DNA of 64,000 nt from Comamonadaceae bacterium (GTDB lineage: Bacteria > Pseudomonadota > Gammaproteobacteria > Burkholderiales > Burkholderiaceae_C). The notes beneath the pieces are model-generated. The model searched no databases. It saw only the letters and a program-made list of their open reading frames with translations, and was not told the DNA's origin. The stretch lies in the NCBI GenBank assembly GCA_947450895.1, contig CANFWT010000006.1, forward strand, positions 11,048 through 75,047, given 5' to 3'. Both the position numbers and the translations under genes were made by a program. This document shows positions 29,740 to 40,224 of this stretch, piece by piece. Every line of letters begins with the position of its first letter. Position 1 is the first letter of the stretch.

Positions 29740-31137
29740 ATGCACGCATTGACTGGTGAGTTCTTAGACGCCCTGCGCACCGCTGTTGGCGCAGCCCATG
29801 TGGCCACCGGCGAGGCCGTGGCGCTGCTGGACGTGGGTTGGAACCCGCACAACCTGGATGCAGGCGTGGTGGTGTCGCCCGCCAGTACCCAGGAGGTCGC
29901 CGCTGTGGTGCGCCTGTGCGCGCAGCACGGCGTGCCACTGGTGCCGCAAGCCGGGCGCACCGGCTTGGTGGGCGGCAGCATTTCGCACCCCGGCGAAATC
30001 GTGCTCTCGCTCTTGCGCCTGAACCACGTTGAGGCCATCGACCCGCAAGAGCGCGTGGCCGTGGTGGGCGCGGGTTGCACCCTGCAAGCGCTGCAAGACG
30101 CTGCTGCGGTGCACCAGTTGGAGCCCGGCATTGACCTGGCCGCACGCGGTTCGGCCACGCTGGGCGGCATGGTGTCCACCAACGCGGGCGGCGTCATGGC
30201 CTTTCGCAACGGCGTGATGCGCCACCGCGTGCTGGGCCTGGAAGCCGTGCTGCCCGACGGCAGCGTGTTCCACGACCTGACCCGGGTGGTAAAAAACTCG
30301 GCGGGCTACGACCTCAAGCACCTGTTCATAGGCGCCGAAGGCACGCTGGGGGTGGTTACGCGCGTGGTGGTCAAGCTCGACCCGCTGCCGCAGGCCACCG
30401 CCACAGCGCTGTTCGGCCTGCCTTCGGTCGAGGCAACGCTTGACGTGATTGCGCTGGCCTTGCAGGCCAAGGCCGGGCACTTGCGGGCTGCTGAAGCGCT
30501 TTGGCGGGACTTTATGCAGCTCAATGCCCAGGCCTTGCACTGGTCGCAAGAGGGCTTTTCGCTGGACCAGCCGATCTTCTTGCTGCTCAAGCTGGGCGGC
30601 GCGGACGAAGCCGCCTTGCAGGCCGCCTTTGAACAACTGTTTGAGAGCACCCTGGCGCGCTACCCCAGCAGCACCGGCATCATCGCCAGCTCGCAGCGCC
30701 AGGAAACCGAGCTCTGGCACCTGCGTGAAGACACGGACATTGTTTACCGCGCCTACCCGCAAGCGCCCTCATTTGACGTGTCGGTGCCCTTGTCGCGCAT
30801 TCCCGCCTATGTGGCCCAGGTGCAAGCCGAACTCGCTGCGCTGGACGCCACGCTGCAACCCTTTATTTTTGGCCATCTGGCCGACGGCAACCTGCACATC
30901 ATCCTCAACGTGCGCGGCCCCGTGGCGCCCGAGCGCGCGCAGGCGGTGGAGCACATTTTGTACCGCCACTTACAGGCCTTGGGCGGCTCGTTCTCGGCCG
31001 AACACGGCGTGGGCTCCAAGCGAATTGGCGCCATGAACGACACCACCAATGCCACCAAACTCGCCGTCATGGCCCAGGTCAAGCGCCTGCTGGACCCGCA
31101 GGGGCTGATGAATCCGGGGAAGGTGTTTCAGGCCTGA
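29740..31137 (+). CDS. FAD-linked oxidase, D-2-hydroxyacid dehydrogenase family (GlcD/D2HGDH-like)
   Basis: PQAGRTGLVGG, GGMVSTNAGG, KNSAGYDL, GAEGTLGVVT, GHLADGNLH, SAEHGVG. Confidence 0.9.
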   Translation: MHALTGEFLDALRTAVGAAHVATGEAVALLDVGWNPHNLDAGVVVSPASTQEVAAVVRLCAQHGVPLVPQAGRTGLVGGSISHPGEIVLSLLRLNHVEAIDPQERVAVVGAGCTLQALQDAAAVHQLEPGIDLAARGSATLGGMVSTNAGGVMAFRNGVMRHRVLGLEAVLPDGSVFHDLTRVVKNSAGYDLKHLFIGAEGTLGVVTRVVVKLDPLPQATATALFGLPSVEATLDVIALALQAKAGHLRAAEALWRDFMQLNAQALHWSQEGFSLDQPIFLLLKLGGADEAALQAAFEQLFESTLARYPSSTGIIASSQRQETELWHLREDTDIVYRAYPQAPSFDVSVPLSRIPAYVAQVQAELAALDATLQPFIFGHLADGNLHIILNVRGPVAPERAQAVEHILYRHLQALGGSFSAEHGVGSKRIGAMNDTTNATKLAVMAQVKRLLDPQGLMNPGKVFQA

Positions 31138-31158
31138 GCGCCGCAACCCGACGCCGGG

Positions 31159-31968
31159 CTACACCAGCATGGCCGCGCCGCGGTCCAGGTAGGTGTCCAG
31201 GAACTGGTCAAGCCGGGGGTGGCGGGGTTTGCCAAACACTTCGCTGGGCGTGCCTTGCAGCAGCAAGCGGCCTTGGTCCAAAAACGTGATGCGGTTGGCC
31301 ACTGACGCGGCAAAGCCAATCTCGTGCGACACCACCACCATGGTCATGCCGTCGGCGGCCAGGTCGCGCATCACTTTGAGTACTTCGCCCGTTAATTCAG
31401 GGTCGAGGGAGGACGTGGGCTCGTCAAACAGCATGATCTTGGGCTCGCAAGCCAGCGCGCGCGCAATGGCCACACGCTGCTGCTGCCCGCCCGAGAGTTG
31501 CGATGGGTAGTGGCCCGCGCGGTCTTCCAGGCCCACTTTGCGCAACTGCGCCAAAGCGCGCTCTTCTGCTTGTGCCTTGGGCATACCACGCGCGGTTTTC
31601 AGGGCCTCGCTCACATTGCCCAGCGCCGTCATGTGCGGCCACAGATTGAATTGTTGAAAGCACATGCCGATGTGCGAGCGCACCTCACGGATGCGCTGCG
31701 GGCTCAGGCGCACGCGCTGGCCGCCACTTTCTTGCGAGAAACCCAGGGGCTCGCCATTGATCAATATGGTGCCCGCCGTGGCCTCTTCCAAAAAGGCCAT
31801 GCAACGCAAGAGCGTACTTTTACCCGAGCCCGAGGGCCCGATCACGCAGGTCACCTGGCCATGCGCGATGTCCAGGTCAATGCCGTGCAAGACCTCGGTC
31901 TGGCCGAAGCGCTTGCTCACGCCGCGCACCGAAATGGCGGCAGCGGGGGAGGTGGTTGCAGAGCTCAT
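31159..31968 (-). CDS. Polar amino-acid ABC transporter ATP-binding protein
   Basis: GPSGSGKST, LSGGQQQR, FDEPTSSLDPE. Confidence 0.93.
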   Translation of the reverse strand: MSSATTSPAAAISVRGVSKRFGQTEVLHGIDLDIAHGQVTCVIGPSGSGKSTLLRCMAFLEEATAGTILINGEPLGFSQESGGQRVRLSPQRIREVRSHIGMCFQQFNLWPHMTALGNVSEALKTARGMPKAQAEERALAQLRKVGLEDRAGHYPSQLSGGQQQRVAIARALACEPKIMLFDEPTSSLDPELTGEVLKVMRDLAADGMTMVVVSHEIGFAASVANRITFLDQGRLLLQGTPSEVFGKPRHPRLDQFLDTYLDRGAAMLV

Positions 31969-32633
31969 GTGTGTGAAAACGTGTATTTGGAGAGTCGTTT
32001 TTCGGCAAAGCTGCCAATGCGTCCTGCCAGCGACACCATGGCCCAGTAAAAGCAGGCCAGCACGGCCATGGCTTCGACAAACGCGTATTGCTGCGAGCCA
32101 ATGGCCTGCATCAAAAAGGTCAGCTCTGGCACCGTGATGATGGACAACACCGCCGTTTCCTTGAGCAAGATGACGGTCATATTGATGACCGGCGGCAGCA
32201 CCAGCATGGTCATCTCGGGCACCTGAATGCGCCAGATGATCTGAGCGCGGGTCAGTCCCAGGCATTGCGCTGCTTCCACGTGGCCGCCGGGCACGGCCTC
32301 AAAACCGGCGCGAAAGATTTCGCTGAAGTAGGCCGCGCCGTACACGGTCACACCGAGCAAACCCGCGGGCATGGGGTCTAGCGCAATGCCGATAAACGGG
32401 CCGCCGTAGTACAGCAAAAACAGCTGGATCAAAAAGGGCGTGCCACGGATGATTTCCACATAGGCGCTGAGCAACCATCGCAGCCACCACGGTCCGAAGC
32501 GCAGCCCCAGGGTGACAAAAAACCCCAGCACCACCGCGCCAGCGGTGCCCACCAGCCAGATCATGCAGGTCACACCGATGGAGCGCACCAGCTCGGGCAG
32601 TTGCTCAACGATGTGGGTGAAGTCAATGATCAT
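31965..32633 (-). CDS. Polar amino-acid ABC permease
   Basis: RGTPFLIQL, AYFSEIFRAG, EAA loop. Confidence 0.92.
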   Translation of the reverse strand: MIIDFTHIVEQLPELVRSIGVTCMIWLVGTAGAVVLGFFVTLGLRFGPWWLRWLLSAYVEIIRGTPFLIQLFLLYYGGPFIGIALDPMPAGLLGVTVYGAAYFSEIFRAGFEAVPGGHVEAAQCLGLTRAQIIWRIQVPEMTMLVLPPVINMTVILLKETAVLSIITVPELTFLMQAIGSQQYAFVEAMAVLACFYWAMVSLAGRIGSFAEKRLSKYTFSHT

Positions 32634-33271
32634 CGGATACCCCAGCTAAACGAGCGCTCCAGCCGCCGCCCTAAGCGTGACAGCGTCCAGTTCGTCACGA
32701 AGTACAGCAAACCGGCGACCGCAAACAATTCCAGGGGCCGAAAAGTACTGGCCGCCAGGTCTTGCGCCATGCGGGTGAGCTCCACCACGCCCACCACCGA
32801 CACCAGCGAGGACGCTTTGACGATCATGATGGCCTCGCTGGTCAGCGCGGGCAGGGTCAGGCGCAGGGCGATGGGCACCTTGATACGCCAAAACTGCTGC
32901 AGTGGGCTCAGACCCAGCATATCGGCGGCCTCTAACAGTCCGCGCGGCACGCTGGTCAGCCCACCGCGCATGTTCTCAGCCTGGTAGGCCGCGTCGCACA
33001 GCGAGAGGCCCACCACGGCGGCCACCAGGCTGGGTACGTTCAGGCCCAGCACCGGCAGCAGGTTGTAAATCAGGAGCAGCTGCACCAAGAGAGGCGAGCC
33101 GCGAAAAAAACTGACAAAAGTGCGTCCGCACCAGGAAACAGCACGGTTGCGCGAGAGCATGGCGCCAGACACGCCGATGCCAATCACGAGGCCCAACACA
33201 ATGGAGACGGCACTGATGGCGATGGTCAAGCCACAGGCTTTCACGAGGAGTGCGAACAGTTTCCAGGACAA
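32630..33271 (-). CDS. Polar amino-acid ABC permease
   Basis: RGSPLLVQL, AYQAENMRGG, KASSLVS. Confidence 0.92.
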   Translation of the reverse strand: MSWKLFALLVKACGLTIAISAVSIVLGLVIGIGVSGAMLSRNRAVSWCGRTFVSFFRGSPLLVQLLLIYNLLPVLGLNVPSLVAAVVGLSLCDAAYQAENMRGGLTSVPRGLLEAADMLGLSPLQQFWRIKVPIALRLTLPALTSEAIMIVKASSLVSVVGVVELTRMAQDLAASTFRPLELFAVAGLLYFVTNWTLSRLGRRLERSFSWGIR

Positions 33272-33348
33272 ATCGGGCTCCGGGGAGTGAGAAATTGCGC
33301 CAGGAACCGCGCCCGTCGAGGGAGAAGTTCCTGGCGCAGACGCCTGGA

Positions 33349-34173
33349 TTACAGGGCGGGGTTGGTCACTGCGTCGGGTGTGTCAAACGAATCGCCAAAC
33401 CATTTCTTCTGGATTTTGGCCAGGCGTCCGTCGGCTTTGACCTTGAGCATGGCGGCCGTGATGGCTGCCATCAGCGTGGCAGAGTCGTCGTCCTTGCGCG
33501 CTACATAACCAAAATAGCTCTTGATGCCAAATGCGGGCTTGACCACTTCAAAGGTGTCGGAGCGTTGCTGCGCCACGTAAGTGATATTGGGCAGCGAATT
33601 GCCCACCGCCACGATGCGCCCTGCGGCCAGGTCGGCATAGGCTTCGTTGTTGCCGGGGTACTCGCGCACGTCGGCTTTGCCCAGGCTCTCGGCAAAGGTC
33701 TTGAGTTGCGCCAGCTGGGCCGAAGCCTTGCCGCCACCTACCGGTTTGCCGGCGATGTCTTCGGGCTTCATCACCGCCTTGTCGCCTTTGCGCTTGAGCA
33801 GGGCCACGGTGGCCTCAGCGATAGGCGGTGTGAAGCGGTAGCGCTCCATGCGGGCTTTGGTAACGGTCACCGGGCCGGTCACCATGTCGAACTTCTTGGC
33901 TTCCAGGCCGGGCAACACGCCTTCCCACGGCAGGGCGGTCCACTCGGTTTTCACACCCATTTCCTTGGCCACTTCGTTCATCAAGTCCATGTTCAGGCCG
34001 ACGTGGGTGCCGCCGTCAATGAAGTCAAACGGTGCAAAGGCGGTTTCGGTGCCGATCTTCAGCACGCCCGAGGCTTTGGTACGGGCCAGGGCATCTTGCG
34101 CTTGTGCGCCAAAGGCAAAGCCCAAGACGAGAGTGGCGCCCAAGAGGGTTTTTAGTACTAGTCGTTTGCTCAT
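33349..34173 (-). CDS. Amino-acid ABC substrate-binding protein (family 3)
   Basis: Signal peptide; GTETAFAPF, ERYRFTPP, IQKKWFG. Confidence 0.92.
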   Translation of the reverse strand: MSKRLVLKTLLGATLVLGFAFGAQAQDALARTKASGVLKIGTETAFAPFDFIDGGTHVGLNMDLMNEVAKEMGVKTEWTALPWEGVLPGLEAKKFDMVTGPVTVTKARMERYRFTPPIAEATVALLKRKGDKAVMKPEDIAGKPVGGGKASAQLAQLKTFAESLGKADVREYPGNNEAYADLAAGRIVAVGNSLPNITYVAQQRSDTFEVVKPAFGIKSYFGYVARKDDDSATLMAAITAAMLKVKADGRLAKIQKKWFGDSFDTPDAVTNPAL

Positions 34174-34338
34174 GCTTGTCTCCGGTAAAAAACAGGGTTA
34201 GAAAAAAATCGGGATCGCGGCTGCAGAGTTCTTGTCGGGCGCCGCCATGCAGGTGGTGTAAAGAGCGTGGTGGAGGGTGTTTCGGTGCGGCGTCCTTTCA
34301 AAGTATACGGTTCGGTGTCTGCGGGTTTGTACCTGTAC

Positions 34339-35889
34339 TTAGGCGGCGATCCACAGTGGCGGCAGTGCGTCCAGCGTGCGCAATATCCGCGCCAGCGACC
34401 CGTCTTCCACCAGCGTGGTGGCGTGCGCAATGTCAGATGCCAAGTAGCGGTCGTGTTCCATCTTGGGCACGTGTTGGCGCAGCAGCGCGTGCACCGCTTC
34501 GAGTGCGTGCGAGCTTTGCAGCGGCCGCAAAAAGTCGATGCCCTGGGCGGCGGCCAGCAGCTCAATGCCCAAAATGTGCGCGGTGTTGCTCACCATCGCC
34601 TGCAGGCGCCGCGCGGCAAAAGTGGCCATGGACACATGGTCTTCCTGGTTGGCGCTGGTGGGCAGGCTGTCTACGCTGGCCGGATGCGCCAGCGATTTGT
34701 TCTCAGACGCCAGCGCGGCGGCAGTCACGTGCGCAATCATGAAGCCGCTGTTGAGGCCGGCGTCATCGGTCAAAAACGGCGGCAGGCGCGACACGCTGCT
34801 GTCGATCAGCATGGCAATGCGCCGCTCGGCAATGGCGCCCACCTCGGCAATGGCCAGCGCCATGCCGTCAGCCGCCAAGGCCACCGGCTCGGCGTGGAAG
34901 TTGCCGCCCGAGAGCATGGCGCCGTCTTGCGCAAACACCAGTGGGTTGTCGGTAACGGCGTTGGCTTCTATCAGCAGCACGCGGGCCGCGTGGCGCAGCT
35001 GGTCCAGGCAGGCGCCCACCACTTGCGGCTGGCAGCGCAGGCAGTAGGGGTCTTGCACCCGGTCATCGCCATCCAGGTGCGAATGTCGAATGGCGCTGCC
35101 CGCAAGCAGTGCGCGGTAGTACTGGGCCACGTCGATCTGGCCGGGCTGGCCGCGCAGCAAGTGGATGCGCGGGTCAAACGGGCCGTCGCTGCCGCGCGCG
35201 GCGTCAATGGTCAGCGCGCCAATCACCAGCGCGGCTTCCAGCACCGGCTCAAACACCAGCAGCGCGTGCAGCGCCAGTGCGGTGGAGGTTTGGGTGCCGT
35301 TGATCAGCGCCAGCCCTTCTTTGGGGCCGAGCGCCAGCGGTGCAATGCCAGCGGCCTGCAAGGCGCCCAGGGCCGGTACCGGCGCGCCGCCTGCCAGCAT
35401 GAAGCCTTCGCCCATGAGCGCCAGCGTCATGTGCGCCAGCGGCGCCAGGTCGCCAGACGCGCCCACCGAACCTTTGGACGGCACCCACGGCACCAAGCCC
35501 GCGTTGAACACCGCCAACAAGGTGTCGACCACCACCTGGCGCACGCCCGAGTAGCCGCGCGCCAGGCTGGCCGCCTTGAGCGCGAGCATCAGGCGCATCA
35601 CGGCGGGTTGCAGCGGCTCGCCCACGCCCACGCAGTGGGAACGAATCAGGTTGAGCTGCAGCGTGGCGAGTTGCGATTTGCTGATGCGCTGGTTGGCCAG
35701 CTTGCCAAAGCCGGTGTTCACGCCATAGACCGGCGCGTCGCCGTCGGCGGCGTCTTGCACTACCTGTTGGCTGGCCGCAATGGCCGCGTGGCAGGATTGC
35801 GGCAGCTGCAGTTGCACGCCACCGGCATGGATGGCTTGGAGTTGCTCCAGCGTCAGGTGGCCGGGGTGGATGGAGAGGGTTGGCGTCAT
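34339..35889 (-). CDS. hutH: Histidine ammonia-lyase
   Basis: [20 protein letters not shown] (MIO-forming ASG), [18 protein letters not shown]. Confidence 0.97.
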   Translation of the reverse strand: MTPTLSIHPGHLTLEQLQAIHAGGVQLQLPQSCHAAIAASQQVVQDAADGDAPVYGVNTGFGKLANQRISKSQLATLQLNLIRSHCVGVGEPLQPAVMRLMLALKAASLARGYSGVRQVVVDTLLAVFNAGLVPWVPSKGSVGASGDLAPLAHMTLALMGEGFMLAGGAPVPALGALQAAGIAPLALGPKEGLALINGTQTSTALALHALLVFEPVLEAALVIGALTIDAARGSDGPFDPRIHLLRGQPGQIDVAQYYRALLAGSAIRHSHLDGDDRVQDPYCLRCQPQVVGACLDQLRHAARVLLIEANAVTDNPLVFAQDGAMLSGGNFHAEPVALAADGMALAIAEVGAIAERRIAMLIDSSVSRLPPFLTDDAGLNSGFMIAHVTAAALASENKSLAHPASVDSLPTSANQEDHVSMATFAARRLQAMVSNTAHILGIELLAAAQGIDFLRPLQSSHALEAVHALLRQHVPKMEHDRYLASDIAHATTLVEDGSLARILRTLDALPPLWIAA

Positions 35890-35890
35890 G

Positions 35891-37609
35891 TCAGAGGGCT
35901 TTCATCGGCAGGTTCAGGCCCTGTTCGCGGGCGCAGTCTTCGGCAATGGTGTAGCCCGCATCGGCGTGGCGCATTACGCCGGTGGCTGGGTCGTTCCACA
36001 GCACGCGGCCCAGGCGCTCGGCGGCCTCGGGCGTGCCGTCGGCCACGATGACCACGCCGCTGTGTTGCGAGTAGCCCATGCCCACGCCGCCGCCATGGTG
36101 CAGGCTGACCCAGGTGGCGCCGCTGGCGGTGTTGAGCAAGGCGTTGAGCAGCGGCCAGTCGCTCACCGCATCGCTGCCGTCTTGCATGGCTTCGGTCTCG
36201 CGGTTGGGCGATGCCACCGAGCCGCTGTCGAGGTGGTCCCGGCCAATGACGATGGGGCCTTTGAGCTCGCCGCTTCGGACCATCTCGTTAAACGCCAGCC
36301 CAGCCAGGTGCCGCTCGCCCAGGCCAATCCAGCAAATGCGCGCGGGCAGGCCCTGGAAGGCAATGCGCTCGCCCGCCATGTCCAGCCAGCGCAGCAGGCC
36401 TGCGTTGTGCGGAAACAGCGCTTTCATTTTGGCGTCGGTCTTGCGAATGTCTTCGGGGTCGCCGCTGAGCGCCACCCAGCGGAAGGGGCCAATGCCTTTG
36501 CAAAACAGGGGCCGCACATAGGCGGGTACGAAGCCGGGGTAGTCAAAGGCATTGGCTACGCCGTAGTCTTTGGCCACCTGGCGCAGGTTGTTGCCGTAGT
36601 CCACGGTGGGAATGCCCATGGCATGGAATTCGAGCAGCGCGCGCACATGCACCGCGCAAGACGCGCCCGCAGCCTGGGTGAGTTCGGCGTGTTGCGCCGG
36701 GTCGGCTTGGGCGGCGCGCCAGCGCGCCACGCTCCAGCCGCTGGGCAAGTAGCCGTTGATGATGTCGTGCGCCGAGGTCTGGTCGGTCACGATGTCCGGG
36801 CGCAGACCACCCATCCGTGCGCGGCGCGCCAGTTCGGGCAGCAGGTCGGCCGCGTTGCCGCACAGGCCAATCGACACCGCCTCTTTGCGCGCCGTGTGGT
36901 GGGCCACCATCTCCAAGGCTTCGTCCAGGTTGGCGGCTTGCTTGTCCAGGTAGCGGGTGCGCAGCCGGAAGTCGATGCTGCTTTGCTGGCATTCGATGTT
37001 GAGCGAGCAGGCCCCGGCAAAGGTCGCCGCCAGTGGTTGGGCGCCGCCCATGCCGCCCAAGCCTGCGGTCAGCACCCAGCGCCCGCTCAGGTCGCCGCCG
37101 TAGTGCTGGCGTCCGGCCTCAACAAAGGTCTCGTACGTGCCTTGCACAATGCCTTGCGAGCCGATGTAAATCCAGCTCCCCGCCGTCATCTGCCCGTACA
37201 TCATCAGCCCGGCGCGGTCGAGTTCGTTGAAATGCTCCCAGGTCGCCCACTTGGGCACCAGGTTGGAGTTGGCAATCAGCACGCGCGGCGCGTCGGTGTG
37301 GGTGCGAAACACGCCCACCGGTTTGCCGCTTTGCACCAGCAGCGTCTCGTTGGCCTGGAGCTTGCGCAGGCTGTCCAGAATGCCCTCAAAGCAGGCCCAG
37401 TTGCGCGCCGCCTTGCCAATGCCGCCGTACACCACCAGCTGGTCGGGGTTTTCGGCCACCTCGGGGTCCAGGTTGTTTTGCAGCATGCGGTAGGCCGCCT
37501 CGATCTGCCAGTTGGCGCAGCGCAGTTCAGGGCCGCGTGGCGCGCGCACCGGGCGGGCCTGGGCGTTGGCAAAAGGGCTGGGTGAGGTGGGGGAGGGACT
37601 TGCGGACAT
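35891..37609 (-). CDS. hutU: Urocanate hydratase
   Basis: [58 protein letters not shown]. Confidence 0.98.
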   Translation of the reverse strand: MSASPSPTSPSPFANAQARPVRAPRGPELRCANWQIEAAYRMLQNNLDPEVAENPDQLVVYGGIGKAARNWACFEGILDSLRKLQANETLLVQSGKPVGVFRTHTDAPRVLIANSNLVPKWATWEHFNELDRAGLMMYGQMTAGSWIYIGSQGIVQGTYETFVEAGRQHYGGDLSGRWVLTAGLGGMGGAQPLAATFAGACSLNIECQQSSIDFRLRTRYLDKQAANLDEALEMVAHHTARKEAVSIGLCGNAADLLPELARRARMGGLRPDIVTDQTSAHDIINGYLPSGWSVARWRAAQADPAQHAELTQAAGASCAVHVRALLEFHAMGIPTVDYGNNLRQVAKDYGVANAFDYPGFVPAYVRPLFCKGIGPFRWVALSGDPEDIRKTDAKMKALFPHNAGLLRWLDMAGERIAFQGLPARICWIGLGERHLAGLAFNEMVRSGELKGPIVIGRDHLDSGSVASPNRETEAMQDGSDAVSDWPLLNALLNTASGATWVSLHHGGGVGMGYSQHSGVVIVADGTPEAAERLGRVLWNDPATGVMRHADAGYTIAEDCAREQGLNLPMKAL

Positions 37610-37664
37610 GGTGTGGGCGTGGGAAAAAAGGGAGTGCGAAAAGTCAGTTGAGGGTTGCAAGAAT

Positions 37665-37685
37665 AGTATAGTTGTCTATACAACT
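37665..37685 (-). promoter_or_regulatory. HutC operator plus -10 element in the hutU/hutC divergent promoter (copy 2)
   Basis: Plus strand AGTATAGTTGTCTATACAACT, i.e. minus strand AGTTGTATAGACAACTATACT, at the canonical HutC position. Confidence 0.9.
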
Positions 37686-37725
37686 TTCAGGAGCACGGGG
37701 AAACCCGCAAGCAGAAAAACACGGC

Positions 37726-38436
37726 ATGTCCACCCCCCAGCTCCCGGCCTATGAACAGGTCAAGGCCTTTGTCAAAGGGCAAATCACCAGCGGCGCCCTG
37801 CAAGCAGGCGACACCGTGCCCAGCGAGGCGGCGCTGCAGCAGCAGTTTGGCGTCAGCCGCATGACGGTCAACCGCGCGGTCAAGGAGCTGGCGACCGAAG
37901 GCCTGGTGACAAGGCAGCGCGGCTCGGGCACGGTGGTGGCGCAGTGGCACCGCATATCGAGCATGCTGGCGGTGCGCGACATCCACGAAGAAGTGCTGGA
38001 GCGCGGCCACGCCCACACCAGCCGCGTGCTGCGCCTGGAAACTGTCGCCGCCGATGCCGCGCTGGCCCAGGCGCTGGGCGTGCCCGTGGGCGCCCCGCTG
38101 TTCCATTCGGTGATGGTGCACCTGGAAAACGGCGTGGCCATTCAGATCGAAGACCGCCATGTCAACCCGGCGGTCGCTCCTGGCTACCTGGCGCAGGACT
38201 TTCAAACCACCACGCCCACCCAGTATTTGTTTGCCTGCGCGCCCTTGACCGAGGCGCGCTATTCCATCGAGGCCGCGCTGCCCAGCGCCGCAGAGGCCAA
38301 AAGCCTGGACATTGGCCGCAGCGCGCCCTGCTTGGTCATCACCCGCTGCACGGTAAGCGGCGCCCATGTAGCCAGCCAGGCGCGCCTGGTCTACCCCGGC
38401 GCGCGCTACAGCCTGAGCGGCAATTTTCAGCTGTAA
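37726..38436 (+). CDS. hutC: Histidine utilization repressor (GntR/HutC)
   Basis: PSEAALQQQFGVSRMTVNRA wHTH plus UTRA domain; hut context. Confidence 0.95.
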   Translation: MSTPQLPAYEQVKAFVKGQITSGALQAGDTVPSEAALQQQFGVSRMTVNRAVKELATEGLVTRQRGSGTVVAQWHRISSMLAVRDIHEEVLERGHAHTSRVLRLETVAADAALAQALGVPVGAPLFHSVMVHLENGVAIQIEDRHVNPAVAPGYLAQDFQTTTPTQYLFACAPLTEARYSIEAALPSAAEAKSLDIGRSAPCLVITRCTVSGAHVASQARLVYPGARYSLSGNFQL

Positions 38437-38440
38437 AACG

Positions 38441-39013
38441 ATGAAGTGGAACACCCTGGCCTTGGTCGAGCTAGCCCCCAGCCCCTGGAAAAATGGCGGC
38501 GGCGTGACGCGCGAATTGCTGGCCTGGCCCAGCCCGGCGCACTGGCTGTTTCGCCTGTCGGTGGCCGAGGTGCAGGCTGACGGCCCTTTTTCTCGCTTCG
38601 AGGGCGTGCAGCGCTGGTTTGCCGTGCTCTCTGGCGCGGGCGTGCGGCTGCGCCTGGGCGACGGTGGGGCAGGGGAGGTGGCCATGCTCACCCCCGCAAG
38701 TGCGCCTTTTTGTTTTGACGGCGCGCTTGCCGTCGACTGCGCGCTGATTGACGGCGCCACGCAAGACTTCAACCTCATGCTGCGCACCGACCGGGCCAGC
38801 GCGCACCTGCTGCGGGTCGTGGACCGGCTGGACGCGGTGACTGCGGGCCCGCGCACCGTCGCCATTTGGGCGGGCGTGTCTGGCGCCGAGATTTGGGCCG
38901 GACAAGCCTGCACCCGGCTGGCCGGCCACAGCCTGGCCTGGCGGGCGCTGCCTGCGGGCGTGGCCCTCAACGTGCGCTCAACCGACGCTTTGTACATGGA
39001 GATAGACGCATGA
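38441..39013 (+). CDS. hutD: HutD family protein
   Basis: [30 protein letters not shown]. Confidence 0.92.
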   Translation: MKWNTLALVELAPSPWKNGGGVTRELLAWPSPAHWLFRLSVAEVQADGPFSRFEGVQRWFAVLSGAGVRLRLGDGGAGEVAMLTPASAPFCFDGALAVDCALIDGATQDFNLMLRTDRASAHLLRVVDRLDAVTAGPRTVAIWAGVSGAEIWAGQACTRLAGHSLAWRALPAGVALNVRSTDALYMEIDA

Positions 39014-40224
39014 GCCTGCAACTTTGGCACCACTGCACCCTGGCCACCTTGCAGGCCGACGCCACCGAGCCCTACGGCCTGGTGCCCGACGGCGCCATGG
39101 TGGTGCAAGGCGCCACCTTGAAATGGGTGGGGCCGCTGGCCGCGCTGCCCAAGGCGCTGCGTGCCCAATGCAGCCTGCAGCACGACGCGCGCGGCGCGCT
39201 CATCACCCCCGGGCTGATTGATTGCCACACGCATTTGGTCTATGGCGGCGACCGCGCTGCCGAGTTTGAGCAGCGCCTGCAAGGCGTGGGCTACGAAGAA
39301 ATAGCCCGCCGTGGCGGCGGCATTGCGTCCACGGTGCGCGCCACGCGCGAGGCCAGCGCCGAACAACTCACGGCCAGCAGCGCCCAGCGCCTGCGCCGCT
39401 TGATGGCCGAGGGCGTGACCACCGTGGAGATCAAGTCCGGCTACGGCCTGGCGCTGGCGCACGAGCGCAAATGCCTGCAAGTGGCGCGCGCCCTGGGCGC
39501 CGACCACGCGGTCGACGTGCGCACCACGTTTTTGGGCGCCCACGCGCTGCCGCCTGAGTTTGCCGGGCAGGGCGACGCTTATATCGACGAGGTGCTGCGC
39601 ATGCTGGCGCAGTTGGCTGGCGAGGGCTTGGTGGACGCCGTAGACGCGTTTTGCGAGCGCATTGCGTTTAGCACTGCGCAGACCGAGCGGGTGTTCCAGG
39701 CCGCGCAGGCGCTGGGCTTGGCGCTCAAGCTGCACGCCGAGCAGCTCAGCGACAGCGGCGGCGCGCAACTGGCCGCGCGTTATGGCGCACTGAGCTGCGA
39801 CCACCTGGAATGGCTGTCCGACGCGGGCGCTGCCGCCATGGCAGACGCGGGCAGCGTGGCGGTGCTCTTGCCCGGGGCCTTTTACTTTTTGCGCGAAACC
39901 AAGCTGCCGCCCATGGACTTGCTGCGCCAGCACGGCGTGCCCATGGCCATTTCCACCGACTGCAACCCCGGCAGCTCGCCCTGCACCTCGCTGCTGCTCA
40001 TGCTCAATATGGCCTGCACCCTGTTTCGCCTGACGCCCGAAGAAGCGCTGGCCGGCGTCACCCGCCATGCTGCCCGCGCCTTGGGCCTGCGCGACCGGGG
40101 CGTGTTGGCGCCGGGCTTGCGTGCCGACTTTGTGCTGTGGGACCTGCAGCATCCGGCGCAACTGGCCTACGCCCTGGGCGCCAACCCGCTGATCCATACC
40201 GTTTTCAAAGGCGAAGTGCGATGA
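39010..40224 (+). CDS. hutI: Imidazolonepropionase
   Basis: [38 protein letters not shown]. Confidence 0.96.
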   Translation: MSLQLWHHCTLATLQADATEPYGLVPDGAMVVQGATLKWVGPLAALPKALRAQCSLQHDARGALITPGLIDCHTHLVYGGDRAAEFEQRLQGVGYEEIARRGGGIASTVRATREASAEQLTASSAQRLRRLMAEGVTTVEIKSGYGLALAHERKCLQVARALGADHAVDVRTTFLGAHALPPEFAGQGDAYIDEVLRMLAQLAGEGLVDAVDAFCERIAFSTAQTERVFQAAQALGLALKLHAEQLSDSGGAQLAARYGALSCDHLEWLSDAGAAAMADAGSVAVLLPGAFYFLRETKLPPMDLLRQHGVPMAISTDCNPGSSPCTSLLLMLNMACTLFRLTPEEALAGVTRHAARALGLRDRGVLAPGLRADFVLWDLQHPAQLAYALGANPLIHTVFKGEVR

